Shown: piece after piece, positions 40,751 to 50,494 of the stretch
Numbering within the stretch: position 1 is the stretch's first letter
Layout of the letters: each line of letters starts with the position of its first letter
DNA from: Phormidesmis sp.
GTDB lineage: Bacteria > Cyanobacteriota > Cyanobacteriia > Leptolyngbyales > Leptolyngbyaceae
Length of the DNA: 64,000 nt
Assembly: GCA_965248535.1 (NCBI GenBank)
Contig: CBDFJR010000002.1
Span: 192,001-256,000, forward strand
Direction: 5' to 3'
Translations under genes and position numbers: made by a program
Notes under the pieces: generated by a model
Databases searched by the model: none
What the model saw: the letters and a program-made list of their open reading frames with translations, nothing else
Told to the model about the DNA's origin: nothing

Positions 40751-41566
40751 ATGACTGTTGCAAATTCAAAACAACTCCGCCTCGATTTCCCCGTCATTTT
40801 ATTTATGGCGGCCGTGCACATGGGGGCACTCTTTGCCCTGCTGCCCAGCAACTTTAGTTGGTCAGCCGTGGGAGTCGCGGTCTTTCTGCACTGGGTGACG
40901 GGCGGTTTGGGCATCACCCTGGGCTTTCACCGTTTGGTGACTCACCGCAGCTTTCAGACTCCTAAGTGGTTGGAATATTTTTTGGTCACCTGTGGCGCGC
41001 TGTCGTGTCAGGGCGGCCCGATCGATTGGATTGGGATGCACCGCATTCACCACTTAAATTCTGATCTGCCGTCCGATCCCCATGATTCTAATCAGGGCTT
41101 TTGGTGGAGCCACATGGGTTGGATGCTCTATGAAATTCCCTGTAGAGATCAAATCGCCCGCTTCACGAAAGATATTTCTGACGATCCGGTCTATAAGTTC
41201 CTGCAAAAGAATTTCTTTGGCATTCAGGTCGCCTTGGGCATTGTGCTCTATTTACTAGGCGGCTGGCCGTTTGTGGTTTGGGGCGTGTTTGTCAGGCTGG
41301 TGGCGGTGTTTCACTGCACCTGGTTTGTCAACAGCGCGACTCACAAGTTTGGCTATCAGACTTATGACTCAAAAGACCACTCCAAAAACTGCTGGTGGGT
41401 GGCGATTTTGACCTACGGCGAAGGCTGGCACAACAACCACCACGCCTACCAGCACTCTGCCCGCCATGGTCTGAAATGGTGGGAAATCGATATGACTTGG
41501 ATGACGATTCAGGTCTTACGATCGCTCGGTCTCGCCACCAAGGTCAAGCTAGCTGGAGAAGAATAG
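40751..41566 (+). CDS. desC: Delta-9 acyl-lipid desaturase
   Basis: His boxes HRLVTH, HRIHH and HNNHH. Confidence 0.93.
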   Translation: MTVANSKQLRLDFPVILFMAAVHMGALFALLPSNFSWSAVGVAVFLHWVTGGLGITLGFHRLVTHRSFQTPKWLEYFLVTCGALSCQGGPIDWIGMHRIHHLNSDLPSDPHDSNQGFWWSHMGWMLYEIPCRDQIARFTKDISDDPVYKFLQKNFFGIQVALGIVLYLLGGWPFVVWGVFVRLVAVFHCTWFVNSATHKFGYQTYDSKDHSKNCWWVAILTYGEGWHNNHHAYQHSARHGLKWWEIDMTWMTIQVLRSLGLATKVKLAGEE

Positions 41567-41583
41567 CCCGCTCTGAACTCGAT

Positions 41584-42849
41584 TCAGAACTGCCCAGTGC
41601 CTTGAACGATATGTTTGGTAGTGGTTAGGGTTTCGAGGCTGATCAGCCCTCTGCGGTGCCCTTTTTGATTCGACATTCCTAAAAAGATTGCGTCTCCTCG
41701 TTTAGGGTTGCGATAAAACCGAGGAGACGCATTGATATAGGTTGAGGCGCTGTTGACTCCTAAAGCAAATTCTCTACTTTCGGGATAAGACTCAGTGGCC
41801 AAACAATCGGCGTGACCACTGCTGTAGTGATTGATCCAGCTAATGGCGGCGGCTTGGTCGGCGGCGATCTTAAAGGCGACAACGCGATCGAGGTAGGCCT
41901 GATTCCATTCTGAGTCTTCAGCCAAGCGCAAGTCTGGAAACTCAGCAACTAAGCGGGCATCGCCCCGAATTTCAAATCCCTTCTCTCTGAGACTGCCCCA
42001 GAGCATGGACAGAGAGGAGGGATTTTGCTGAGGATGGATCAAGACTTTCTCGATCGCGTTAACCGGGTCAGGCTCACTCATGTGGCTGTCAAGAATCATC
42101 CAGCGCGCCATTTCTAGGCTGCCCGATGGCGACCAATAGAGATAGCAGTTGCCCATCGCCGATCGCAGCACGGGGGCCGTAGATTGACGCACGACTTGCT
42201 GCACCAAACTCGGTCGCCCATAGGGAATCACCAGATTTAAGTAGCGATCTTGAGTGACCAAATCTCGAATCGAGGCTCCTTGATCGGCTGGGAGGGAGTG
42301 CAAACTGCCTGGGGGCAACCCGGCATCTTCGATCGCAAATTGCAGCGCTTGGGCGACGGCTGCGTTAGAGTGGCTCGCCTCACTGCCGCCTTTGAGAATC
42401 AGACTATTGCCTGTTTTGATGCACAGCCCGGCGGCGATCGCGCCCAGATCAGGAAACGCTTCATAGACCAGCGCGATCACGCCCAAGGGCATCAGTTGAG
42501 AATAAGTTTGGCACTGGTCTACCTGAAAGTTGGCGGTCATGACGCGCCCGATCGGGTCAGGCAACTCGCTGAGATGCAGCAAAATTTGAATCGTATTTTG
42601 AATCCGCTCTGGCGTTAGTTTGAGCCATTCGAGCAGCAGATCGGGCACTGCCATTTCTCGGCTCATCTCTAGATCGAGGGTATTTGCTTCGAGAATGTCG
42701 TCTTGATGGCTCTTTAAGGCTTTTGCCATTGCCTGCACTGCGCGACTGCGAACCGTGCCCTTAGCCGTTGAAAGCGCTAAGGACGATTGATAGGCATTGC
42801 GAACGGCGATCAGAGGGTCGAGAGGAATGCTAGAAAGTTCGGGGGTCAT
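41584..42849 (-). CDS. proA: Gamma-glutamyl phosphate reductase paralogue (ProA2-like) lacking the catalytic Cys
   Basis: [41 protein letters not shown] where canonical ProA has a CNA.E motif. Confidence 0.8.
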   Translation of the reverse strand: MTPELSSIPLDPLIAVRNAYQSSLALSTAKGTVRSRAVQAMAKALKSHQDDILEANTLDLEMSREMAVPDLLLEWLKLTPERIQNTIQILLHLSELPDPIGRVMTANFQVDQCQTYSQLMPLGVIALVYEAFPDLGAIAAGLCIKTGNSLILKGGSEASHSNAAVAQALQFAIEDAGLPPGSLHSLPADQGASIRDLVTQDRYLNLVIPYGRPSLVQQVVRQSTAPVLRSAMGNCYLYWSPSGSLEMARWMILDSHMSEPDPVNAIEKVLIHPQQNPSSLSMLWGSLREKGFEIRGDARLVAEFPDLRLAEDSEWNQAYLDRVVAFKIAADQAAAISWINHYSSGHADCLATESYPESREFALGVNSASTYINASPRFYRNPKRGDAIFLGMSNQKGHRRGLISLETLTTTKHIVQGTGQF

Positions 42850-42853
42850 GGAG

Positions 42854-43294
42854 CTAACGGCGATAAGCTAACCAGACCATGAGCGCGGGCAACACTGCCA
42901 AAAGCAGCGCCACGATCGCCCAAAGAATAATACTGCTACCCGTGCCAGAGTTAAGCGCTACGGGTAGCCAAATGCTTAACAAAACGAGCAAAATGCCTAG
43001 AGCTAAGGGCAAGTAGCTGTCACCCAAACCGGGATGGACAACACTCCACTGGTGCCCTGTCCAGCGCCACGATCGCTTATAGGGGTAGGTGGTCGAAAGC
43101 TGCTCAATCACATAGCCGCCTTCTTCGACCACAAAAATCTGCTGACAGCGATCGCAGCCAAACGCCTCGGTTAGGGTAATCAGGGCCAAGCGCCCGCGAC
43201 GACGACAGGGGCAGGGGTAGTCGCTATTCAATTCGATCTTGTGAGTTTTAGGGGATTGCACAAGCGACGAGGGGCACAAGAGTTTTTTAATCAA
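42854..43294 (-). CDS. Small membrane protein with an N-terminal Cys-rich zinc-ribbon-like motif; start uncertain
   Basis: CPC...CDRC followed by two C-terminal TM helices. Confidence 0.75.
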   Translation of the reverse strand: MIKKLLCPSSLVQSPKTHKIELNSDYPCPCRRRGRLALITLTEAFGCDRCQQIFVVEEGGYVIEQLSTTYPYKRSWRWTGHQWSVVHPGLGDSYLPLALGILLVLLSIWLPVALNSGTGSSIILWAIVALLLAVLPALMVWLAYRR

Positions 43295-43439
43295 CCGTGG
43301 CGAGGGATGACACCGCTTCTGTTGCGAATTTTATCACCCTCTCTCTAGGTAGAGGGCCTACCTTAAGAATCAGTTGATATTTGTGGGTCACAAAGCAGAT
43401 TTCTGAGCGGGTAGATCGATGATCTTGCATCCCTTAGCT

Positions 43440-45023
43440 TTAATAGCCACTGTTCCAGTGCATGGCTATATTGTGAGCTGAGTGGTCAGGCTTGGTTTCT
43501 TCGTCGATCGCTTTAACCACTCGCCGATAGATTTCTTCAGCTTGTTGGGGTGAGTTGCCAATGCTGGTTAAGCCGAGTTTGCCGAATTCTGAGAGACAGC
43601 CCATTAAGTGAAAGACTGTGCCCGTCTCGGTGCTGGTGTCAAAATGAAGCTGATGATGGGCGATGATATCCATCAAGTCATTGGGCAGCAAGCCACGATA
43701 GTGCTCTCGTTGTAGGTTATCGGTGGCTTTGTAATATTTGGCGCGCCCCTGCTGGCTATAAAATAGACCGCTGGCGAGGTCATAGCGCCCGTTAGTGAGA
43801 AACTTTAGGGTCATAAAGGGGTGAGTGGTGCCGCCTTTGCGAAGGTTGATCTCGATCGCTTCAAACTCCCATTCACCCGTGTCAGGGTGACGAACCGCGA
43901 CAAAATCTAGTCCAAAGCGTTCGATCACGCCTTTTTTAGCTAAAGTTTTGCCGACCCGCAGCCCCAGATCTTGCAACCGCAGTCGATAGGCTTCATCAGC
44001 CGGAAAGCAGCAGCCGAGATAGATTTGACCATTTGGCCCGCCCAGAATTTGATCGTGAGTTGAGAGAATCTCGACTTCTCCGAGTGGATTGACCCGGCCC
44101 TGAACGCTGGGCGATCGCTTCTCGTCGCCTTCGATAAACGCTTCGACGATCGCGCCTAGTTCTGGAATCCGACTGCCGTAATTTTCCCAGGTTTCAGCTT
44201 TTGACTCAAAGTGCAGCGCCTGGAATTTTTCGAGAATAGTGTTTACGCGCTGGGTGTGAGGTGCCGAGCCGGGGGCAATCTCCCCTAGAGGACGCAGATC
44301 GAGCAGGGCGTTGCCTTCTCCCGAAAATCCTTCGTTGAGCTTGACGACAACACGCTTTAGATCGGGCTGTCGTTCCCAGAGTTGGGCGGTGGCGATCGCC
44401 AGATCTTTAGCATCGCGAACCAGCAGACTGCCATCGGGATGAGGCACCCCACTTTCGGCAAAGATTTGGCGGCTGCCACTTTTGGTGCCCCACTCTAGCA
44501 GCGCCGGGTCGAGGGCAAATAAGGGAATGTCTAATGCAACGGACAGATCACGCTCTAGCGGAGTGGAGTTATAGCAGATCATATAAGCGCGATCGCGATC
44601 GATGGCTTGACGGATTCTCGCCATCAGTCGGGGTCGCTCAAGAACTTTTTGACTTAACGGCTTAGTCGAACTGTCGTAAGTCGAGAGCAACAGCAAGCGA
44701 TCGCGGGCATGAGAAAACGGAATGCCGGGCAGAAGTTGTAGATAATAGTCAATCACGCTGGGATGCAGCGGCTGTGACGTAATGTAAACTAGCCGCGTGC
44801 GCGGGTTTCTCAACCGAATCAGGGAAAACAGCAGCCGTTCTTCATAATGAGAAAAGCCCTCAATTTTCAGCAATTCTCGTTGATCAATGCTGATGGAAGG
44901 GATGACCACAATATCTGCATCGCTGGTGTCAAACTCATCGGCTTTGTGCCAGCGATCGCGCAGTTGTGCTTGCAGCGTGTGAAAGTGCGTCGTCGGAGCT
45001 TCGATCAGATCAAGTCTGTCCAT
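43440..45023 (-). CDS. PGM1-related ATP-grasp ligase
   Basis: KLNEGFSGEGN, SPSVQ, STHDQILGG, EINLRKGGTTHP ATP-grasp motifs. Confidence 0.8.
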   Translation of the reverse strand: MDRLDLIEAPTTHFHTLQAQLRDRWHKADEFDTSDADIVVIPSISIDQRELLKIEGFSHYEERLLFSLIRLRNPRTRLVYITSQPLHPSVIDYYLQLLPGIPFSHARDRLLLLSTYDSSTKPLSQKVLERPRLMARIRQAIDRDRAYMICYNSTPLERDLSVALDIPLFALDPALLEWGTKSGSRQIFAESGVPHPDGSLLVRDAKDLAIATAQLWERQPDLKRVVVKLNEGFSGEGNALLDLRPLGEIAPGSAPHTQRVNTILEKFQALHFESKAETWENYGSRIPELGAIVEAFIEGDEKRSPSVQGRVNPLGEVEILSTHDQILGGPNGQIYLGCCFPADEAYRLRLQDLGLRVGKTLAKKGVIERFGLDFVAVRHPDTGEWEFEAIEINLRKGGTTHPFMTLKFLTNGRYDLASGLFYSQQGRAKYYKATDNLQREHYRGLLPNDLMDIIAHHQLHFDTSTETGTVFHLMGCLSEFGKLGLTSIGNSPQQAEEIYRRVVKAIDEETKPDHSAHNIAMHWNSGY

Positions 45024-45086
45024 AGCTATCTCCCCGCATAGATGGGATATGAGCGATCATACAGACTGGGGTGTGCTTGGCAATAG

Positions 45087-45677
45087 ATGCTGAAGGAAGA
45101 AAGTTGGATGGGAGAAACAGCAAAGCAGTCCTTGCGACGATCGCTTTTAGCAAAACGGCGATCGCTGCCTCGTTTAGAATGGCAGCGCAAAAGTCAGCAA
45201 ATTTGCAATCAGTTAAGGGCTTTGTCGATCGTGCAGCAATCCACCACCATTCTGGCTTACTTCAGCTTTAGACAAGAACCAGATCTCAATGCTCTCTTTA
45301 CGACAGAAAAAACCTGGGGCTTTCCGCGCTGTGTTGGAGCAGATCTATCGTGGCATACCCTATCAGGTTCTCCGCCTCAAGTCGGAACTCATGGACTGAT
45401 CGAGCCACCCTGGGACAGTCCTCTAGTGGAACCCGATCGGGTCGATTTGATTTTGATCCCCTGCGTCGCCTGCGATCGCCGAGGCTATCGGGTGGGCTAT
45501 GGGGGCGGCTTTTACGATCGCCTCCTCAGTGCACCAGACTGGCAGGGCAAACCCACGATCGGGGTGGTCTTTGAGTTTGCAGTCGTTTCTGAATTGGCGA
45601 TCGATCCCTGGGATCAGCCCATGCAGGGAATCTGCACTGAACGAGAATACCTGAGCGCTAGTGCATCGTTGCTTTGA
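45087..45677 (+). CDS. 5-formyltetrahydrofolate cyclo-ligase
   Basis: K..LRR, ILIPCVACDRRGYRVGYGGGFYDRLL, DPWDQPM. Confidence 0.92.
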   Translation: MLKEESWMGETAKQSLRRSLLAKRRSLPRLEWQRKSQQICNQLRALSIVQQSTTILAYFSFRQEPDLNALFTTEKTWGFPRCVGADLSWHTLSGSPPQVGTHGLIEPPWDSPLVEPDRVDLILIPCVACDRRGYRVGYGGGFYDRLLSAPDWQGKPTIGVVFEFAVVSELAIDPWDQPMQGICTEREYLSASASLL

Positions 45678-46593
45678 GCATATGATAAACAATCAATAGC
45701 TGCGTCATCGCTAGCGGATAGCTCTGAATGATTTCTCCGGTCGTTCCGGCGACTCTGCCGATTTCTGGATTCATATCGCGATTGCAGACGTTGAGCAAGT
45801 GCGGCGCTTCGCTACAGATAAACTTTTCTAGCTCTCGCACCTGATCGTTAGTAGCGTGGCCGTCAATTTCTAGCACATCGACGGGTTTGCCCATGTCTCG
45901 ATCGAGACCTAATCGAATCGCAGGGGGTGGGTTAGGGTTAGACGGGGTAATGATCTGGCTTAAATCGGGATGGGGAATCGTCGGACGCAAAACCAACCGC
46001 ACGTTTAGATGACCGTTCATTTCCTGCAAGTGATCAGCGGGGGGATAAAAGCTGACCACCATATCGGCCCACGATCGCTGCGGTCGAATGTAGTGATCTG
46101 AATCGGGTTCGCGCTTTTGCAACTCTGCCAGCACTTCTGCTTCGCTATAGCCCCGCTTTTGGGTGTCGCGCTTGACTTTCCACTGGGTTCGCAGAGGCTC
46201 AGGCGGTGCCAGATAAACCTTGATGTCATAGCAGTCACGCACGCCGCGAGTCGAGTAGCCCAACAGCCCCTCGACAATCAAAAACTGGCTTGGCTTAATA
46301 TATTTTGGGGCCTCAAAGGTTCCTGTTTTGTGACTATAGACAGGTTTGAGAATCGATTGCCCCGTTCTCAGCAGAGACAGGTGCTGCTGCATAATATCGA
46401 GGTGATTGCAGTCGGGGTGCAGAGCGGTGATGCCTAACTCGGCTCGCTGAGTGCGATCGTAGCGGTGATAGTCATCGGTGCAAATAGTGGTGACGTTTTC
46501 TTCCCCCAACACCTGGGCAATTCCTTTAGTCAGAGTGGTCTTCCCTGCTGCGCTATCGCCAACAATGCCAAGAATGATCGGGCGTTGCGTCAT
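45658..46593 (-). CDS. Phosphoribulokinase/uridine kinase family protein (non-canonical PRK-like)
   Basis: GDSAAGKTT P-loop, ICTDDYHRYDR, KVKRD...RGY, YIRPQR. Confidence 0.85.
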   Translation of the reverse strand: MTQRPIILGIVGDSAAGKTTLTKGIAQVLGEENVTTICTDDYHRYDRTQRAELGITALHPDCNHLDIMQQHLSLLRTGQSILKPVYSHKTGTFEAPKYIKPSQFLIVEGLLGYSTRGVRDCYDIKVYLAPPEPLRTQWKVKRDTQKRGYSEAEVLAELQKREPDSDHYIRPQRSWADMVVSFYPPADHLQEMNGHLNVRLVLRPTIPHPDLSQIITPSNPNPPPAIRLGLDRDMGKPVDVLEIDGHATNDQVRELEKFICSEAPHLLNVCNRDMNPEIGRVAGTTGEIIQSYPLAMTQLLIVYHMLKATMH

Positions 46594-46912
46594 GAAGTTC
46601 TCCCGTGCAGATTTATAAACTTGTTCAACAGCAAACTGGTCTAATTTTAGGGATGAATGTCAAGTGAAGCAATGTCCGTTAGCTCAAGAATCATTGCAAG
46701 GCGCAAGTCTCTGCTCTCTCCATTGCTTTGACTCTATGTTGGCGCTCAAGAAATCGTGATCTTTCGACTCCGAGCATCCGCTATTCTGATAAGACTAGTA
46801 ACTCTTTGAGGGCTGAAGTCACCTGTTCAGCGTCTCTGCTCAACGTCAAGAGTTGCTATCTCGCCTGCCAAACCCGCTACTGCTAAACACTCTGTCGCTT
46901 GCCAATCATTTT

Positions 46913-47650
46913 ATGAAAATTTTTCTCTACCATACGCCTGAGTTAACGCCTGTTCAAAATCTTGCAGATTGCGCGATCGCCATTGACGTGTTGAGAGCAA
47001 CGAGCACGATCGTGACGGCGCTATCGGCCGGGGCAGAGGCGGTGCAGGTGTTTAGCGATCTCGATAAGCTGATGCAGGAGAGTGCAGCGTGGCCCCCCGA
47101 AAAGTGCCTCAGAGCCGGAGAGCGGGGCGGCAGCAAGGTGGCAGGCTGTGACTTGGGCAACTCGCCTTTAGACTGCACGCCAGAATTAATGCACGATCGC
47201 CGCTTGTTTATGACCACGACCAACGGCACGCGGGCATTAGAAATCATTCAGGCCTCGCCGAGTGTTTTGGCGGCGGCGTTGATCAATCGCCAAGCAGTGG
47301 TCGATTACCTGTTGAGCCAGCGTCCTGAGACGATTTGGATTGTGGGCGCAGGCTGGGAAGGCTCGTTTGCCCTCGAAGATACAGTCTGTGCAGGTGCGAT
47401 CGCCCACAGTCTTTTGGCAGGGTTGGGTTGCACCCTAGAAGACCTGGCCGGAAATGATGAACTGACGGCAGCCGTCGCGCTTTATGAGCAGTGGAAAGAT
47501 AATCTGCTGGGGCTTTTTCATCTCGCCAGCCATGGTAAGCGGCTACTGCGGCTCGACGGCCACGATGATCTCAAATATTGCGCCCAAACCGATGTGCTCG
47601 ATGTGTTGCCGATCCAGCGCGAAATTGGGGTGTTGGTTAAGAACAGCTAA
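46913..47650 (+). CDS. comB: 2-phosphosulfolactate phosphatase family protein
   Basis: [31 protein letters not shown]. Confidence 0.9.
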   Translation: MKIFLYHTPELTPVQNLADCAIAIDVLRATSTIVTALSAGAEAVQVFSDLDKLMQESAAWPPEKCLRAGERGGSKVAGCDLGNSPLDCTPELMHDRRLFMTTTNGTRALEIIQASPSVLAAALINRQAVVDYLLSQRPETIWIVGAGWEGSFALEDTVCAGAIAHSLLAGLGCTLEDLAGNDELTAAVALYEQWKDNLLGLFHLASHGKRLLRLDGHDDLKYCAQTDVLDVLPIQREIGVLVKNS

Positions 47651-47676
47651 CTCAATGGAGCTTGACGGCAAACCTG

Positions 47677-48261
47677 TCAGGCGCTGCCAATCTGTCGAAA
47701 GAATCTTTGCACTAGACATCGAAATCCGGGCAAGAGGGGAGACGTGATTTCGTCTTGACTGGAGTGAATTGTCACCTGTCTAAGGATGCCGTTGTTTTGA
47801 CGATAGACTTCGACCTGCTGAAGTTCTCGATCGACGATCCAATACTCTTCAACTCCCTGGGTCGAGTAGAGTTTTAGTTTGGCTTCTCGATCGCGCCGTT
47901 CGTTGGTCGCCCCTGGAGAAAGCACTTCGATCACGAGTTCAGGAGCACCTGTGAGGTGTCCGGCAGCATCTTGAAAGCGATCGAGACGATCAGCGCTGAT
48001 CCAAATTAGATCGGGAATCACGCTATCGGTTTCGGTAAAGACGAGTCCAGGAGCGGGAATCGCTTCTCCTAGTGCGGTCTCTTCTGACCAATCTTGGAGT
48101 TTGTTGCAAATGTTGCGAATCACGGATTGGTGTCTGAGGTGCGGCGCTCTCGTCACAAACAGTTCTCCATCAATAATTTCGTAGCGCTTCCACTCGTCGT
48201 TAGAGAGCAGTTCGAGATCGGATGTGACCCACCGGACTTTTTCTGGGATGGTTTGACTCAT
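47677..48261 (-). CDS. Uma2-family endonuclease
   Basis: YEIIDGEL, PDL, PELVIEVLSP, YWIVD. Confidence 0.92.
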   Translation of the reverse strand: MSQTIPEKVRWVTSDLELLSNDEWKRYEIIDGELFVTRAPHLRHQSVIRNICNKLQDWSEETALGEAIPAPGLVFTETDSVIPDLIWISADRLDRFQDAAGHLTGAPELVIEVLSPGATNERRDREAKLKLYSTQGVEEYWIVDRELQQVEVYRQNNGILRQVTIHSSQDEITSPLLPGFRCLVQRFFRQIGSA

Positions 48262-48423
48262 GATGCGTCTCCGCGACCGTTGTCGATTCTATTGTCGCTT
48301 GTTTTTGCAGGTTGATAGAGTTCTGCATAGAAGCTTCTGGAGTCGATCGCAGTGAACTTGGGAAGCGATCGCGCCACCAAACTCCTAAAATGAAACATAA
48401 TGCTCGTTCATGAGGAACGTTCC

Positions 48424-49221
48424 ATGACGCTGGCTCAATCAACCGCCTACGTTGTCACCTGGGAAAAGCTTCCCGATGACTATCCCCTACCTGACGACCC
48501 CGTGGATAATCGGACTCAACCTGCCCTCGCTGCCGCCCTCACCGAAAGCCTCGGTGTCAACGATCGCCTCCCCAGCACGGCCGCAACCACCACCAACTAC
48601 GGAATTTGCGCCACGATCGACGGCAAAATAGTCGTCAAGGCTCCCGATTGGAGTTTTATTCCCGCAGTTCGCGTATCGCCCCAACAGGTCGAACGCAGCT
48701 ACACGCCAGGTTTAGATGGAGACGGACTCGCCATTGTCATGGAATTTCTATCTGAGACTCCAGGCACAGAATATTCGATCAAACCTAGCTATCCGCCAGG
48801 CAAATGGTTCTTCTATGAACGAGTTCTTCGCGTTCCGAGCTACGTGATTTTTGAGCCAACATCCGCCGCGTTAGAAGTCTATCACCTCGATCGGGCGGGC
48901 TTATATGAGCCACAGTCGCCCAACCCCGAACAGCGCTACTGGATTCCTGAAGTTGAGCTTTTTTTGGGGGTTTGGCAAGGCACAAAGCAAGATCGAACCG
49001 GAAATTGGCTACGCTGGTGGACTGAATCAGGAGATCTATTGCTGTGGGGATCTGAGCAGGCAGATCAAGAGCGGCAGCGGGCAGACCAGGAACAGCAGCG
49101 GGCAGACCAAGAACAGCAACGGGCAGACCAAGAACAGCAACGGGCAAACCAAGAACAGCGTCGATCGGAACGACTCGCCGAAAAATTACGGGAATTGGGA
49201 GTCGATCCGGCAAATTTGTAA
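48424..49221 (+). CDS. Uma2-family endonuclease with C-terminal coiled-coil repeats
   Basis: APDW, VMEFLS, YVIFEP, WLRWW, LAEKLRELGVDP. Confidence 0.88.
   Translation: MTLAQSTAYVVTWEKLPDDYPLPDDPVDNRTQPALAAALTESLGVNDRLPSTAATTTNYGICATIDGKIVVKAPDWSFIPAVRVSPQQVERSYTPGLDGDGLAIVMEFLSETPGTEYSIKPSYPPGKWFFYERVLRVPSYVIFEPTSAALEVYHLDRAGLYEPQSPNPEQRYWIPEVELFLGVWQGTKQDRTGNWLRWWTESGDLLLWGSEQADQERQRADQEQQRADQEQQRADQEQQRANQEQRRSERLAEKLRELGVDPANL
49060..49164 (+). repeat. 21-bp coding tandem repeat, 5 copies (ADQEQQR)
   Basis: GCAGACCAAGAACAGCAACGG-type units. Confidence 0.9.
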
Positions 49222-49241
49222 GTGCGATGCGTTTTAAGCCT

Positions 49242-50459
49242 CTAGCATCTCAACTGTTCAAGCAGACAGGCAGCGATGCGCTGGGCGGCTCCGGGTTCTC
49301 CCATGCGGCGGCGACCATTTTCGGCGATCGTTTGCAGACGATCAGGGTCACTCAACAAAGATCGAAGCGCCCCAGCGACTTGATGGGGCTGCTCAACTAG
49401 AGTTACAGACGCGCCCAAAAGTCGGGTTTGAGCTTCTGCAAACGCCGGAGTAAATTGGGGGCCGTTGCCCGGAATAATGATCGCAGGTTTGCCTAGCCCC
49501 ACAAATTGTTCGGTGGCGGTGCCTGCCATGGCGATCGCCACCTGCGATCGCTGCAAACATTCTGCAAACCGATGGGGCGGTGTTAACTCCAGCATTGCCC
49601 GTTTTTCACCAAACCCAGTTTTATAGTGATTCGTTTCGCATTGCTGCCAGCGATAAGATATTAGTATTTGATGTAATCTTTCGGCATCTATGCCAGGAGC
49701 AACAGCAGCTACAAACTGTAAGGGCTTTCTAAAGTGTTCTAGCAATTCGCCCAGCGATTGTAATATTATTTCCCAGTTGGCATAGACTTCGGGCGGGCGA
49801 GAGCCAGGAATCAGCGCGATCGTAAACTCTAAAGAATCGAGTCCGTCAGTCTGCCAGGTCAACCCATCCATCATCGGGTTGCCTAGATCAAATGCCGGAA
49901 TGTTGAATCGTTGGAGACTATCGGCGGTGAGACGATCGCGAGGAAACACCACTTTGCACTGAGGGCGGCGCATCAGCCAGCGTTCCCACGGTTGAAAAAT
50001 GCAGTTGGTTGAGCGCTCTAAGCGATCGTCCCACCATGATTTGCGCGGCAGCCAGCCCTTTTCGTCGCGCAGATAATATTCTGATTTTGCCGTGGCCACA
50101 AACCCATAGGGGGCCCCACTCAGCCACGCAAACAGCAGCGGCACGATGTCACCGACTGCGAGAATAAACCCGTCTTCTTTAGCCCAAGTTTGAACGGCCT
50201 GAATCTGCGCCCACGTTAGCTGCACTAGACCGCCCTGAATGTCTCGCGCCAGTTGCCGACTATCCATATAAATAAAGCCACCAGAGGGCATGGCTTTGAC
50301 GGTGCCGATCGTGGGAATTCCCAGCTTAGTGTAGGCGTGCCCTTCACCGACGATCGGCAGCGCTTCGATTTGCGAACAGCCTGCTTGCTGGAGAGCGTGC
50401 AAAATGCGAACAGCGATCGCATCTTCTCCATGACCGTTGCTAAGGCAAAGTAATCGCAT
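49242..50459 (-). CDS. Lipid-A-disaccharide-synthase-related glycosyltransferase
   Basis: SNGHGED, GNPMMDGL, PGSR, AGTATEQ. Confidence 0.82.
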   Translation of the reverse strand: MRLLCLSNGHGEDAIAVRILHALQQAGCSQIEALPIVGEGHAYTKLGIPTIGTVKAMPSGGFIYMDSRQLARDIQGGLVQLTWAQIQAVQTWAKEDGFILAVGDIVPLLFAWLSGAPYGFVATAKSEYYLRDEKGWLPRKSWWDDRLERSTNCIFQPWERWLMRRPQCKVVFPRDRLTADSLQRFNIPAFDLGNPMMDGLTWQTDGLDSLEFTIALIPGSRPPEVYANWEIILQSLGELLEHFRKPLQFVAAVAPGIDAERLHQILISYRWQQCETNHYKTGFGEKRAMLELTPPHRFAECLQRSQVAIAMAGTATEQFVGLGKPAIIIPGNGPQFTPAFAEAQTRLLGASVTLVEQPHQVAGALRSLLSDPDRLQTIAENGRRRMGEPGAAQRIAACLLEQLRC

Positions 50460-50494
50460 TCGTTAACTATTTGATCAGATGCGAAGGGTATCAG

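Noticed and set aside
49060..49164. Tandem repeats as a possible CRISPR array; also 63224-63375
   Set aside because: The first is an in-frame coding repeat without spacers, the second has only two long copies, and no cas genes are present.
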